Below are positions 16,806 through 26,570 of a stretch of DNA of 64,000 nucleotides, piece by piece; positions within the stretch are counted from its first letter, which is position 1, and each line of letters begins with the position of its first letter. The stretch comes from a virus, in IMG/VR virus record IMGVR_UViG_3300047551_003251; one strand, written 5' to 3'. Position numbers and translations under genes: made by a program. Below the pieces are notes generated by a model. That model was given only the letters and a program-made list of their open reading frames with translations. It did no database searches and was not told the origin of the DNA.

Positions 16806-18511
16806 ACGAAGCAAAACTCACACAAGAAGAAAAGTTTAGCCAAGAAATCGTACACCACATAAAGGCCGGGTATCAGGTTTTCAATATTACAACCAGCGAG
16901 GAAGAGCGCGTACTGCGCATTCTCTGCGATTTGCTGGATGGTCCTCACAAAAATGATATTAAAGCGCACACCGTACTTGTCTGGGATTGCGTAAAAGGTC
17001 TGCAGGTTGCGCTATCTAAGCTGCAAATGGCGGAACTGCGCAGTTCTGTATTTCCAGGGATGCTGAAAGACGACGCGCCGCTGCGTGATCCGATCAAAGT
17101 ACTGGATATGATTACCAGCAGTGTCTGCGATAACAGCGAAGATTTTATCGTCGTATTTCGTGATCTAGATACACTTTGGAATAGCAACCCAATGCTGTGG
17201 CGTATGCTGCGCAATGTGGTTAACAGCTGCAGCTTGATTAACTCCGAGCGTCGCCGTCCTGTGTTCCTGGTCGGCAACTCTGGCAATGTTCCTGAAAATA
17301 TCAAGTCAGAGATTACGCATATTGACTTTATGCTGCCCGACGAGCAGATGATGCAGCAGATTGTTAATGCTGCCGCATCTATGGCAACAACGCGAGATCC
17401 GAATGATTCCAGCAAAGTGATTGCAGCCAATATTGAACGTAATCCAGAGCTGGAAGCAATTGCGGTCAGAAACCTGCTGGGTTTGAATTGCGTTGAAGCT
17501 GAGAATGCAGTTGCACTTGCACTCAGCAAGAACAAGGGCATTAACCACGGGTTTGTGACCTCGATTCGCGAGCAGAAGGCTCAAATCTTCCGCAAGTCTG
17601 AGGTGCTTACTTACATTCCTGAAGGTCGTATTGTAAAGAAAAACGAGATTGCCGGTTATGACCGCGTATTTGATTTCGTCGACCGTCGTCGTGCTGCGTA
17701 TACTAAAACAGCAGAGCAAGCCAAGATTGACAAGCCCAAGGGTTTGATTTTGCTTGGCCCTCCAGGTACCGGCAAATCGGTAGTCAGTGAGCTGATTACC
17801 GGGCTGCTGGAAATGCCGGGCTACCAGATGGATATCGGTGCGTTATTGGGTTCGCTGGTTGGTGAATCTGAGAAGCGTACGCGTACAGTGCTGAAGCAGC
17901 TGCAAGCTGAGAAGGGCTGTGTAGTTATCTTGGATGAGGCCGACAAGGCATTCAGCGGGATGAACGCCGGATCTAGCGGTGATAGCGGTACCAGCCAACG
18001 TGTATTTGGTCAGATTCTGAGTTTCCTTACTCGGCAGGACGGTAACACATTTGTGGTTATGACCATGAATCATGTCGATCACCTGCCTGCGGAGCTGCTG
18101 CGTAAGGGTCGTTTTGACGCGATCTTCTACACAGACTTCCCGGACGCTCAGGAACGCCGCCATGTGTTTGAAATCCATTTCGGCAAGCGCGGTATCACTA
18201 CTGATATGTTGAACTTTACGCAAGCAGAGTGGAAGACAATTCTAGATAGTACTGAAAACTGGACGCATGCGGAAATTGAAGGTGTGGTCGTGGAATCTCG
18301 TTATGTAGCATTCCAGCGCGATCACGCTGGGATTCCAACGTTCGAGGATCTAATGCAGACTGTGCGCGAGACCGTATCAATGTATCGACAGGATACTAAA
18401 AAGTTCGATGCAATGCGTGAAATCTGCAAATCAAAAGGCCAGCCGGTAACTACACCGGTAAGCGCCGCAGCCAAGTTGCCAGTAAAACGTAGTCGTCAAG
18501 CAGTTGTTTAA
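16802..18511 (+). CDS. AAA+ ATPase, Ycf46/SpoVK-like
   Basis: Walker A GPPGTGKS, Walker B ILDEADK, SRH MNHVDHLPAELLRKGRFD. Confidence 0.9.
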   Translation: MNEAKLTQEEKFSQEIVHHIKAGYQVFNITTSEEERVLRILCDLLDGPHKNDIKAHTVLVWDCVKGLQVALSKLQMAELRSSVFPGMLKDDAPLRDPIKVLDMITSSVCDNSEDFIVVFRDLDTLWNSNPMLWRMLRNVVNSCSLINSERRRPVFLVGNSGNVPENIKSEITHIDFMLPDEQMMQQIVNAAASMATTRDPNDSSKVIAANIERNPELEAIAVRNLLGLNCVEAENAVALALSKNKGINHGFVTSIREQKAQIFRKSEVLTYIPEGRIVKKNEIAGYDRVFDFVDRRRAAYTKTAEQAKIDKPKGLILLGPPGTGKSVVSELITGLLEMPGYQMDIGALLGSLVGESEKRTRTVLKQLQAEKGCVVILDEADKAFSGMNAGSSGDSGTSQRVFGQILSFLTRQDGNTFVVMTMNHVDHLPAELLRKGRFDAIFYTDFPDAQERRHVFEIHFGKRGITTDMLNFTQAEWKTILDSTENWTHAEIEGVVVESRYVAFQRDHAGIPTFEDLMQTVRETVSMYRQDTKKFDAMREICKSKGQPVTTPVSAAAKLPVKRSRQAVV

Positions 18512-18523
18512 ACAGGAGGATGT

Positions 18524-18928
18524 ATGTCACACACAGTTACAACCAAGTCAGTCAGAGTAAAAAACGCCGACATTTTAGAGAAAGCTGTAAAAGCGTTACA
18601 AGCTAAAGGTATTGAAGTTTCGTTACCCAACGATACGACGCACAAATCTGTAAAGCTGTACGCAAGTCAGCACGCCGGTATTGCTGTAAAGTTGGATGGC
18701 TGGAATTATCCAGTTGTAATCGATACGACTAAAGGCGAGTTGTACTATGACAATTACAACGGATCCTGGGGTAAACAGGAGAAGTTGGATGAGCTGCTGC
18801 AAGAATATGTAAAGCAGGAAGCTATCGATGTGTACGCGTCTCAGGGCTTTATGGTGGATGAGTTCAACACCAAGTACCTGGAAAATGGCGATCTGGAATT
18901 GCACCTCAAGGCACATAGCTGGGAGTAG
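18524..18928 (+). CDS. DUF1257 (Ycf35-like) protein
   Basis: MSH...V.N...L.KA; YYDNYNGSWG...LLQEY; follows a Ycf46-like ATPase. Confidence 0.75.
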   Translation: MSHTVTTKSVRVKNADILEKAVKALQAKGIEVSLPNDTTHKSVKLYASQHAGIAVKLDGWNYPVVIDTTKGELYYDNYNGSWGKQEKLDELLQEYVKQEAIDVYASQGFMVDEFNTKYLENGDLELHLKAHSWE

Positions 18929-18930
18929 TC

Positions 18931-19137
18931 ATGGCTAGTCTTAAAATTACGATCCCGAAAACCGGACTTTCAAAGAGCCAGCGTACGCCAACAATTGATG
19001 TTGAAGGCGTCGTGGGCAGCAGCTGCAGCAAGCTGACTGGCGCACTTGTAGAACGGCTCGGTACACAAGTTGTCAGTGAAACACAGAAACCGGAGTATCA
19101 TCAGCAGGTCGAGCAGCGTATCGACCAAGGCCTATGA
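18931..19137 (+). CDS. DUF2997 protein
   Basis: IDVEGVVGSSCSKLT..L...LG. Confidence 0.75.
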   Translation: MASLKITIPKTGLSKSQRTPTIDVEGVVGSSCSKLTGALVERLGTQVVSETQKPEYHQQVEQRIDQGL

Positions 19138-19499
19138 GTGAGCCAAAAAACTTACAACTGATCATATCTAACAAGGGTCTGGTTCGTGCGATTTGTACGG
19201 ATCAGACCCTTTCCTTTTTAAAACAAGTTTCTAACGACGAGGTGGCAGTAAGGCGCGCATCTCACGTCGAGTGGAGTACTGGTATTCGGAAAGAAGCATA
19301 TAGCTGGCTAGTAGCCAATCGTCCAGAGTTCTCCGATGGAAGAATTCCAGCAGGCTGGTGGGCAGATTTGTTACCAAGCGGCGGTCCCGTGTTTGGACCT
19401 TACGATACGCACGCAGAAGCAATAGACGTTGAACTTAAATGGCTAAAAGACAACAAGATACCAATAGGAGATAGTGATGAGCACAGAACAACAACGTGA
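19134..19499 (+). CDS. Hypothetical 'RRASHVE' protein
   Basis: RRASHVE...WWADLLPSGGPVFGPY...EAI..E..WL. Confidence 0.65.
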   Translation: MSEPKNLQLIISNKGLVRAICTDQTLSFLKQVSNDEVAVRRASHVEWSTGIRKEAYSWLVANRPEFSDGRIPAGWWADLLPSGGPVFGPYDTHAEAIDVELKWLKDNKIPIGDSDEHRTTT

Positions 19500-20616
19500 A
19501 GAAGTATTGCAAAATGTAATGTTGGTTTCGCCGAATTTAGGCGTTTGGCGCGGTAACTACATGCTACCACCTACGCACGTACACATTTCATACGGTGACG
19601 ATCGTTTGGAGCTGGATCAAGACTCTATTACATCGCCGCAGACGCGGTTGATTAATGACAAGTATCCGCTTGATTCAGACGGTAAACCATGGGTTAAACG
19701 TTTTCGCGAGATCAAACAGGCTCAGGTAAAGCTGCTTAACAAATATTCTGTTTGCAGCGGTATTACCGGTGTGCGCATTATTCCAAAAAGCGCAGGCTTG
19801 GAATTTTTTCCTCAACTGATTGGTCCTACTGTAGGTGAATTGCTGGAGCTGCAAGCAGAAGCTGCAACCGCTGGCGATACACGCAAAGTGGAAGAGTTGC
19901 AGCGGCGTCTGGATGCGGCAAAGGCTGGCAGCAGCCAGTTTGCAGCGGAAACGCCTGTGTACAACCCAGATCGAGCTGAACAGAGCGTAGCTTATCAGCT
20001 GCACCTGCTAGCTGAAGAATTCTGCGATCAGATGCAGGATATCTATGCGCAGATCCAGAAGAACGAAAGCGCCGAAGTTTGGAAGGCGATTAAAGATCGT
20101 TTACCTGCGGATCGCAGCGTTATGCGGTCGAAGTTTTATTGCGGGACTATCCCGATTGAGTTTGCTACTGGCGGCTCTACAGAACGCGTAAAAGTTACGC
20201 ATAAAGAATTGCAGCGTTATCACAACGTTGTAACAGCCTCTGTGCGTACCGCTGTAGATGAGGCGATTGAAAATATGATTGCCCAGCCGCGGGCTGAGTT
20301 GGCAAAAGCCATCTCAAATATGACAGATGTGATTAGTCGTGATGGTCGCGTAACTGCTCGTACTTTTGGGCCAGTACAACGCGCCATTGAAAAGCTGCGT
20401 ATGTTTTCGTTTATCGGAGACGATGCGATGCTTAAGCAAATTGAAAACTTGGAGCGCATGATGGATGTGCAAGTACCGCGTGAGCTGACTAATGCTGTTG
20501 CCAATAGCAACGGTTTTATGCAGGCCGCGCAAAGCGTTATGACGGAACTGGAAAGCGCCATGACGTCAGAAGAGACTTTCCGCAAGTTCGGCAGTCGTCG
20601 TGTTGTGAGTTTGTAA
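19477..20616 (+). CDS. DUF3150-like protein
   Basis: SD AGGAG; helical 380-aa protein in the usual position after the AAA cluster. Confidence 0.5.
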   Translation: MSTEQQREEVLQNVMLVSPNLGVWRGNYMLPPTHVHISYGDDRLELDQDSITSPQTRLINDKYPLDSDGKPWVKRFREIKQAQVKLLNKYSVCSGITGVRIIPKSAGLEFFPQLIGPTVGELLELQAEAATAGDTRKVEELQRRLDAAKAGSSQFAAETPVYNPDRAEQSVAYQLHLLAEEFCDQMQDIYAQIQKNESAEVWKAIKDRLPADRSVMRSKFYCGTIPIEFATGGSTERVKVTHKELQRYHNVVTASVRTAVDEAIENMIAQPRAELAKAISNMTDVISRDGRVTARTFGPVQRAIEKLRMFSFIGDDAMLKQIENLERMMDVQVPRELTNAVANSNGFMQAAQSVMTELESAMTSEETFRKFGSRRVVSL

Positions 20617-21347
20617 TGGCTGTATTACGCAAGCATGTAGCTAAGGTTTCAGAACCCTGTAATACCAAACTTGGCAAGTTAATTCATTCCTGGTCAATCC
20701 CCGCGAGTCGGACCGTTTGCGTCGGTTCGACTCCGGCTTGCCGGTCTATTTGCTACGCCAAGCGTGGTTATTTTCGTTTTAACTCTAACAAACAGTTGTA
20801 CTCAAAGAATCTACGCGCTAGTCGCAGTCCCGGCTTTGCGCGTTGGATGCGTGGTTTACTGCGCGAGAACTATGTGCGTATTTTGCGCATACACGTTTCT
20901 GGCGATTTTTACTCGGTTGCATATGTAAAGAAGTGGATTTCTATCGTATCGACTACACCCGACGTGCAGTTTTTTGCGTATACCCGCAGTTGGCGGGACG
21001 CAGAAATGTTACCGCACTTAGTGCAGCTGGGTAAACTTCCCAACATGCAGTTGTGGTGGTCCTTAGATATGGCTACAGGTCCAGCGCCGAAGTATGCGCA
21101 CATTCGCCAAGCTTACATGGCGATGAATGACCTGGACGCTAAAAACGTACCTGTTAGTTGTGATTTGGTATTTCGTGTTAATCCTAAAACAGTGCTTAAG
21201 AAAGCAAACGACGTACTTGTTTGCCCTGAAGAAAACGGCGTAACACCGGGCATTACTTGTTCAAAGTGCAAGTTATGCTGGCAACCAAAAAGGAAGAAAA
21301 ATGAACGCAAACGATCTGTACATAACAAAAGAAGAAGTGTTTGTTGA
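20616..21347 (+). CDS. Gp88-like (radical-SAM-related) phage protein
   Basis: WSIPA..C..STPAC...CYA; RIHVSGDFYS; FFAYTRSW; C-terminal CP...C..C.LC. Confidence 0.7.
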   Translation: MAVLRKHVAKVSEPCNTKLGKLIHSWSIPASRTVCVGSTPACRSICYAKRGYFRFNSNKQLYSKNLRASRSPGFARWMRGLLRENYVRILRIHVSGDFYSVAYVKKWISIVSTTPDVQFFAYTRSWRDAEMLPHLVQLGKLPNMQLWWSLDMATGPAPKYAHIRQAYMAMNDLDAKNVPVSCDLVFRVNPKTVLKKANDVLVCPEENGVTPGITCSKCKLCWQPKRKKNERKRSVHNKRRSVC

Positions 21348-21759
21348 ATTGAAGAAGCGCGGAATTAAAGAAGCGTGTGTGCATTTCTCTGGTGGTAATG
21401 ATAGCGGCAGCGTAGAGTACATCGACTTTTTGATGAACGACGATACGTGCGAACAAGTAGGTGAAATGCCGATGTACTACGAGTCGTGGTGCAACGGCGT
21501 AACAACCTATTACCGTTATGGTAACGGCAAATGTTTTGAACCTGTGGAGGAGCGCGAGGTTTATGTCCCGACAGCTGAAGAGAAGTTTCTTGATACTCTT
21601 ACACGTCCTGTCTACGATCGCTATGGCTCTTTCGCCGGTGAGTACGATGTTTCAGGAATGGTTGTTTGGACCGTCGATCCGCCAGGAGTAACCTTTAAGG
21701 TAGAGGAAAGCACGGTAGAGTATCGTGAATTTGACGCTGACGACACAGGAGTTTGGTAA
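21301..21759 (+). CDS. DUF6878-like protein
   Basis: VHFSGGNDSGSVE; paired with a DUF6915-like gene. Confidence 0.55.
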   Translation: MNANDLYITKEEVFVELKKRGIKEACVHFSGGNDSGSVEYIDFLMNDDTCEQVGEMPMYYESWCNGVTTYYRYGNGKCFEPVEEREVYVPTAEEKFLDTLTRPVYDRYGSFAGEYDVSGMVVWTVDPPGVTFKVEESTVEYREFDADDTGVW

Positions 21760-22133
21760 TGCACCCGTACCACCACGCGTTGAGTAGTGTTAATAAATGG
21801 GGCGGCACAGTTGAAGATTATTTGCCAATTCATAACTGGTTTGACGCCAGCAAAGAATTTATGGCAGATTCCCGCCATCGTGCACTGCGCCACCACGCGC
21901 AAGGCGTTTTTGAAGCCGAGCGTGTGTTTGGCGTTACAATTACGTTACAATCGGGGCGTGTTGTGCCTGTGCGCGCAGTTGCCGAGCAGCATGTCCGTGA
22001 AGATATTGGATGGATACCTACACTGGCGGATTGGCTTTCTCGCATCGAGCACGCAACCTGGATGGATAAGCCAATGCGGCTGGAGAAGCGACTGGAGGCA
22101 GCGTCCGCAGTATGTACGACAGACCAGACTTAA
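21759..22133 (+). CDS. DUF6915-like protein
   Basis: MHPYHHA.SS..KWGG..EDY..IH.WFD.SK...RHRALRHH..G...EQHVRED.G. Confidence 0.75.
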   Translation: MHPYHHALSSVNKWGGTVEDYLPIHNWFDASKEFMADSRHRALRHHAQGVFEAERVFGVTITLQSGRVVPVRAVAEQHVREDIGWIPTLADWLSRIEHATWMDKPMRLEKRLEAASAVCTTDQT

Positions 22134-22498
22134 CAAGCGATGTAGAGTATATTCTGCACCAGCTTTATCGTGCGCTTAGTATAGATGCAAAGTTGCTAAA
22201 TGTGCTTGATCGTGAAAATCTTAAACGGTTCGAATACACGTACCGGCAGGATTATTCGCACATGTTTTTACTTACAACACTTGTATTTAATCAACCGCAC
22301 AGCCGCTGCGAGCTTGAAATTTCAAACCCGACGGCGCAGCGCTGGCACGTAAAGCTTACAGCGGACAACACTAGTGTCTGTACAAATTCACCCGATGTGC
22401 TGCATGCTGCACTTGTTGATTTTTTCAACGGGAAGCAGCATAAACAGCAGGAACAAGAAAAATTGAAAATTGCGCCACAAAGAATTGTGGAGCTTTAA
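22112..22498 (+). CDS. Hypothetical protein
   Basis: 128-aa ORF in operon. Confidence 0.6.
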   Translation: MYDRPDLTSDVEYILHQLYRALSIDAKLLNVLDRENLKRFEYTYRQDYSHMFLLTTLVFNQPHSRCELEISNPTAQRWHVKLTADNTSVCTNSPDVLHAALVDFFNGKQHKQQEQEKLKIAPQRIVEL

Positions 22499-22513
22499 CC
22501 AACAAGGATGACC

Positions 22514-22738
22514 ATGTTAGTACTTACGCGCAAAGCAAAGCAAAGTTTAAAGGTAGGAAACGATGTCACTATTCATTTAGTAAGTATCAGCGGTAACACC
22601 GTTAAGATAGGTATAGACGCTCCGCCTGATATACTTGTTTTACGGGGAGAGTTGGCGCCGCAGCAGGTAAATAAAAATCGCCCGCAGGAAACTACGGGCG
22701 ATGTTGCTGACTTTCCAGTTATTGAATACTTAATCTAG
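22514..22738 (+). CDS. csrA: Carbon storage regulator CsrA/RsmA homolog
   Basis: MLVLTRK..QSL.VG.DV.I.....SG..VKIGIDAP....V.RGEL. Confidence 0.9.
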   Translation: MLVLTRKAKQSLKVGNDVTIHLVSISGNTVKIGIDAPPDILVLRGELAPQQVNKNRPQETTGDVADFPVIEYLI

Positions 22739-23905
22739 CGAATAAAGAGTAGCCAGTTCGGCTTTCTCTTGCGCTGTCATGCCTGGTTCTCGCCTGCGGT
22801 CAATAGCTGCGGGCGAGATACCAGAGGCAGCTGCCATCTTATCAAACATTTCCGCATCTTCGCGGGAAAACTCTGGCAAAGCTGCTGCCAGTTTTTCTAC
22901 ATTAACAAATGCAGCGCCAATTGAATATTCTTCAGCCATCTTGGTGCCCATCCAAGCTTCAAGATCGCAGCCGCTTAATCGGTCCAGTTGTTCCTTCTCG
23001 TAAATAGCGCCACTACTGGAACGAACATGCGCTTGCTCAAGTGCTTGCGCAGTCTTTTGCGTAATTCCAAACAAACAATCTTCTGGACGATCCACGGTCT
23101 TGCCGTATTCTCGGGCAAACCCGTAACGGCGGTCGATAGTATCAATATGCTGCGCTAACTCAAGCCTTGCGGCCTTATCCAGAATACCAGGCGCCTGCTC
23201 TAATACATTTGCAATTTTTGAAAACTCATTGGCTACAGCAGAATTACGTGTGTACAGCTGATTTGCGCGACTGTTCAATAAGTCACAAACATCAGCAACC
23301 GGACCAACACCGTTGCCAGCCGTCTTTTGCAGAATGTCTTCCTGCTCGTCTTCAAATCTTAAATCAAAAGATGCAGCTTTCTCCAGAATACGACCTGCAA
23401 TCATGTGGCGGTCGTTAAATTCAAAGTCATTCCGATAGTTGCAAAACCATTCCGCTGCTTTTTCAACTTCAGAGCGGTTACGAAGCGGATAGTTACGTTC
23501 TACACTGCCGTCGTCATATTTCCAGACAAGTGCAAAAGAGCTGTCAGGAAGTTGGGTAAGCTGATCGGCTGCTTCTTTTGTAATTTCATCCTGTACTTGC
23601 CGAACTGCTGGTAAAATACCCCAGAACGAAGCAGCTTTATCGAGTACACTTTGTACTCGTTTAACATATGCCGGCTCGTATTCTGCGGCCTTCATATGTA
23701 AAAACGCGGTTGATAACCAAGTTGCTGCGGGTGTATGCGTCGGAAACCGGCGCTTTACACTGTCCCCGTACATATGTGCGGCCAGCTTTTCGTCTCCGCG
23801 TAACTGCTCCTCGTTCGCCGCTTTAACAAACTGCGGAACGGCTGTTACGCTGAAGATTACGTGTGTGTCTGCCCCTGAAACATCCTGGGTTTGATCCCAA
23901 ATCAT
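22730..23905 (-). CDS. K-x-A-motif-rich hypothetical protein (putative head-associated)
   Basis: SD TAAGGA on the minus strand; 14 of 20 Lys are in K-x-A; co-oriented with terminase. Confidence 0.7.
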   Translation of the reverse strand: MIWDQTQDVSGADTHVIFSVTAVPQFVKAANEEQLRGDEKLAAHMYGDSVKRRFPTHTPAATWLSTAFLHMKAAEYEPAYVKRVQSVLDKAASFWGILPAVRQVQDEITKEAADQLTQLPDSSFALVWKYDDGSVERNYPLRNRSEVEKAAEWFCNYRNDFEFNDRHMIAGRILEKAASFDLRFEDEQEDILQKTAGNGVGPVADVCDLLNSRANQLYTRNSAVANEFSKIANVLEQAPGILDKAARLELAQHIDTIDRRYGFAREYGKTVDRPEDCLFGITQKTAQALEQAHVRSSSGAIYEKEQLDRLSGCDLEAWMGTKMAEEYSIGAAFVNVEKLAAALPEFSREDAEMFDKMAAASGISPAAIDRRREPGMTAQEKAELATLYSLD

Positions 23906-26570
23906 GGCACTGTCCTTACTGACCGATTTACGTTACTTCCATGTCCTACCGGCATTAGGTGTGTCAATTCCGACCACCACCTTACCTATTATGTTAAAGT
24001 GTCCGCTCTGTCAAAGCAACACTTTATGGGTCACAGATAACGCCGGTTTATGGGGTGAATGGCTCTACTGCATGAGCTGCAGCTCTGCAGGCGATTTACT
24101 TGAGTGGTCTGCTGGCGTGCTTAAACAACCGCTGGAAGAATGTATTGCCAAGTTTATAAAGCTTGGCATCCTACGGAAGGACATTGATGTAACAGCTCAA
24201 TTAGCCGCGTATCAGGCACTTTGGCCGGTTGTACGTAAAACTGCCACATCTCTTATTCAGTTATCGCGCCGCCAACTGGAAAGTCCGCCTAATGGAGATT
24301 ACAAGCCGCTGCTGAACTTTATTAATACGCGCTGGGCTGAACCCGATTACATCCAAAGAATAAGTAAATTTTTTGGTTTATTGTCGATGGAGCAGCTTAA
24401 GCAGCCGCAAATAGCACCCAAGGTGGCAGATACGCTGGTTATTCCTACTTACGATTTACCGGGACGTTACGCAGGTTTACTTCTCTTAACGCTACACGAA
24501 TCCGAGCCGCCGGTATTAAGTTATCGCAGCTTTCCTAAACTGGCTGGGCTGGTTAAATACCACAAATGCGCGGGTGTTACGCTGCTGCCGCAAGCTATAG
24601 AGACCAGAAAGCATGACAAATTACGGCAGCCAGAATTGATCGTTTACTGCGATACCGTAGACGCTACACGTGCTTATTTACGCTGGCTGCGCGGTAGCAG
24701 TGAAGCTTTGCCGATGGTAATTCCTGTACAACAGTCGCTGCAAGCAACAAAAACGGTATGGCAGTATTTACCGCCAACACGCTTGGTCTTTGCGGGAGCG
24801 TTTGAAAATACGATTGGGTACGCATCTCGTTCGTCTGGTGATATTGCTGTAATGGATCGCTGCCCGTTTGGCGGCATGCGCAATATGCTGCATTACGTAC
24901 AGCAGATTAAAGATGAAGCAATACCATGGCAACAAGTAGTAATTAACAAGCTGGTTGAAACTCCTGCGGTGCAGCGCACAGACGTATTCATGAAAATGAA
25001 CATTGCACCTGCCAGCCGAGAAGCGTTTATAAATCAAGCGCCTGTTGAACTGCGACAGCAAATTACAGCGCCGCTATCAGAAACAAACTGGCGAACATTT
25101 CCATTTCAACACCGAACTGTAGTTGAAACAGCAAGCGGCTGGTGGCTTAAAAGCAACAAGCCGATTTCGGCTGGTATTATTCGAATAGATCGTATTGTTT
25201 CATTTGCAAAAGCGCCTATTACAAACTACGGAGTGCGCGTAAGCGGACGCGTGCTCTTTAAAGGCGTAATCTACCCGTTTGAAACTACAATCAAAAAGAT
25301 TAACGCCCGCGGGCTATTCAAATTTATCGCCACGTACTTATTGGAAGAGCACGGGTGTTTTGGGTTTTGGTTTCGTAAAGAGTGGAATGCGCGTTCTTTT
25401 GATTTAGCCCTAGCCGCTTACAAGCCGCAGCTGGTTAAAAGTTTGCCGGAACTTGGCTGGAACACCGCAGAACAAAAGTTTGCCTACAACAACTTTGTGA
25501 TTGAAAGCGACGGTACAGTTAATAACAACTGGATGTACAACAGCAACAACCGAACGGAATTCACTCCGACTTACGACATTCCGCGGCCTACAAACCAATT
25601 CCCCAGTGAACTAATACCGCCGCTGGAGAAGACCGATATCAACTCCCGCGCTAACTGGATGCTGGCGGCTGCTGTGCTGCACAACATAATAGCGCCATAT
25701 GCGGGCAGGCCAATGCAAAGTATCGTGGTGGCAGCCCGGTCTACTGTGCGTAAAAAGTTCAGCACAATGCTGCAGAGTGCTGCTTTTCTTGGCTGCGGCT
25801 CCGCTTGTTTAACTGACTGGGGCTGGAAGATTATGCGCGCGCGGCTGGCAGCGGCGGAAAAGCATAACTTTCCAATTAATACGATGTACTGCACGCACAA
25901 AATGCGGCGGGAACTTAAAACAAATCCGATTGCATCAAAACTGATTATTGCGGCGTCACCTGCAATCTCCAGCACAGACTACCAGATAGTTGTTCCAGAG
26001 CCTGTCGGGTATCACGTAAACAATTGGGCGCAAACCTTGAAGCATATGTTGCCGTACGTATTGCAATTTATGCTGCAGAATAGAATAGCGCCAATCAACT
26101 TTAGTAACGACGTGTCGTCAACTTACGTCATCTTGGAAAAATGGCTACAGAACATAGGCGCAAGCACGCAAGGGTTACACGCAGCCATGGAACTGCGAAA
26201 TGCGATGATAACGCCAGAGTATGCAATGCTTACGTGTATCTACGAACCGCGGATTACCAATCACATTTGCAACTACGCAATGCGAATGGACCAGCTTCGT
26301 GGTTCGTATTTATTTGAGCACATGTCTAAACCATATGTTGATGCCATTCCTAAACTAAACGTATTTACATACGCCGACCATATCTTTATTGCAAAACAGA
26401 ACTTTGAACAGTTCAGGCGCAATTACATCGGGTACATCGCAAAGACCACTATGGATAATGGCAGCAATGTAACTAAAGAAATGGCTAAATACGAAAACGA
26501 CTACTACGTGTTCAACGAAGCAAATTGGATTCGTATAGGTAAAGTTTTTTCAGAGTTGTACGAAGACTAG
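23904..26570 (+). CDS. 888-aa protein with N-terminal Zn finger; possibly a derived primase/helicase-like protein
   Basis: CPLC...CMSC; ...PELGW... segment reminiscent of DUF927; no intact TOPRIM or Walker motifs seen. Confidence 0.55.
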   Translation: MALSLLTDLRYFHVLPALGVSIPTTTLPIMLKCPLCQSNTLWVTDNAGLWGEWLYCMSCSSAGDLLEWSAGVLKQPLEECIAKFIKLGILRKDIDVTAQLAAYQALWPVVRKTATSLIQLSRRQLESPPNGDYKPLLNFINTRWAEPDYIQRISKFFGLLSMEQLKQPQIAPKVADTLVIPTYDLPGRYAGLLLLTLHESEPPVLSYRSFPKLAGLVKYHKCAGVTLLPQAIETRKHDKLRQPELIVYCDTVDATRAYLRWLRGSSEALPMVIPVQQSLQATKTVWQYLPPTRLVFAGAFENTIGYASRSSGDIAVMDRCPFGGMRNMLHYVQQIKDEAIPWQQVVINKLVETPAVQRTDVFMKMNIAPASREAFINQAPVELRQQITAPLSETNWRTFPFQHRTVVETASGWWLKSNKPISAGIIRIDRIVSFAKAPITNYGVRVSGRVLFKGVIYPFETTIKKINARGLFKFIATYLLEEHGCFGFWFRKEWNARSFDLALAAYKPQLVKSLPELGWNTAEQKFAYNNFVIESDGTVNNNWMYNSNNRTEFTPTYDIPRPTNQFPSELIPPLEKTDINSRANWMLAAAVLHNIIAPYAGRPMQSIVVAARSTVRKKFSTMLQSAAFLGCGSACLTDWGWKIMRARLAAAEKHNFPINTMYCTHKMRRELKTNPIASKLIIAASPAISSTDYQIVVPEPVGYHVNNWAQTLKHMLPYVLQFMLQNRIAPINFSNDVSSTYVILEKWLQNIGASTQGLHAAMELRNAMITPEYAMLTCIYEPRITNHICNYAMRMDQLRGSYLFEHMSKPYVDAIPKLNVFTYADHIFIAKQNFEQFRRNYIGYIAKTTMDNGSNVTKEMAKYENDYYVFNEANWIRIGKVFSELYED

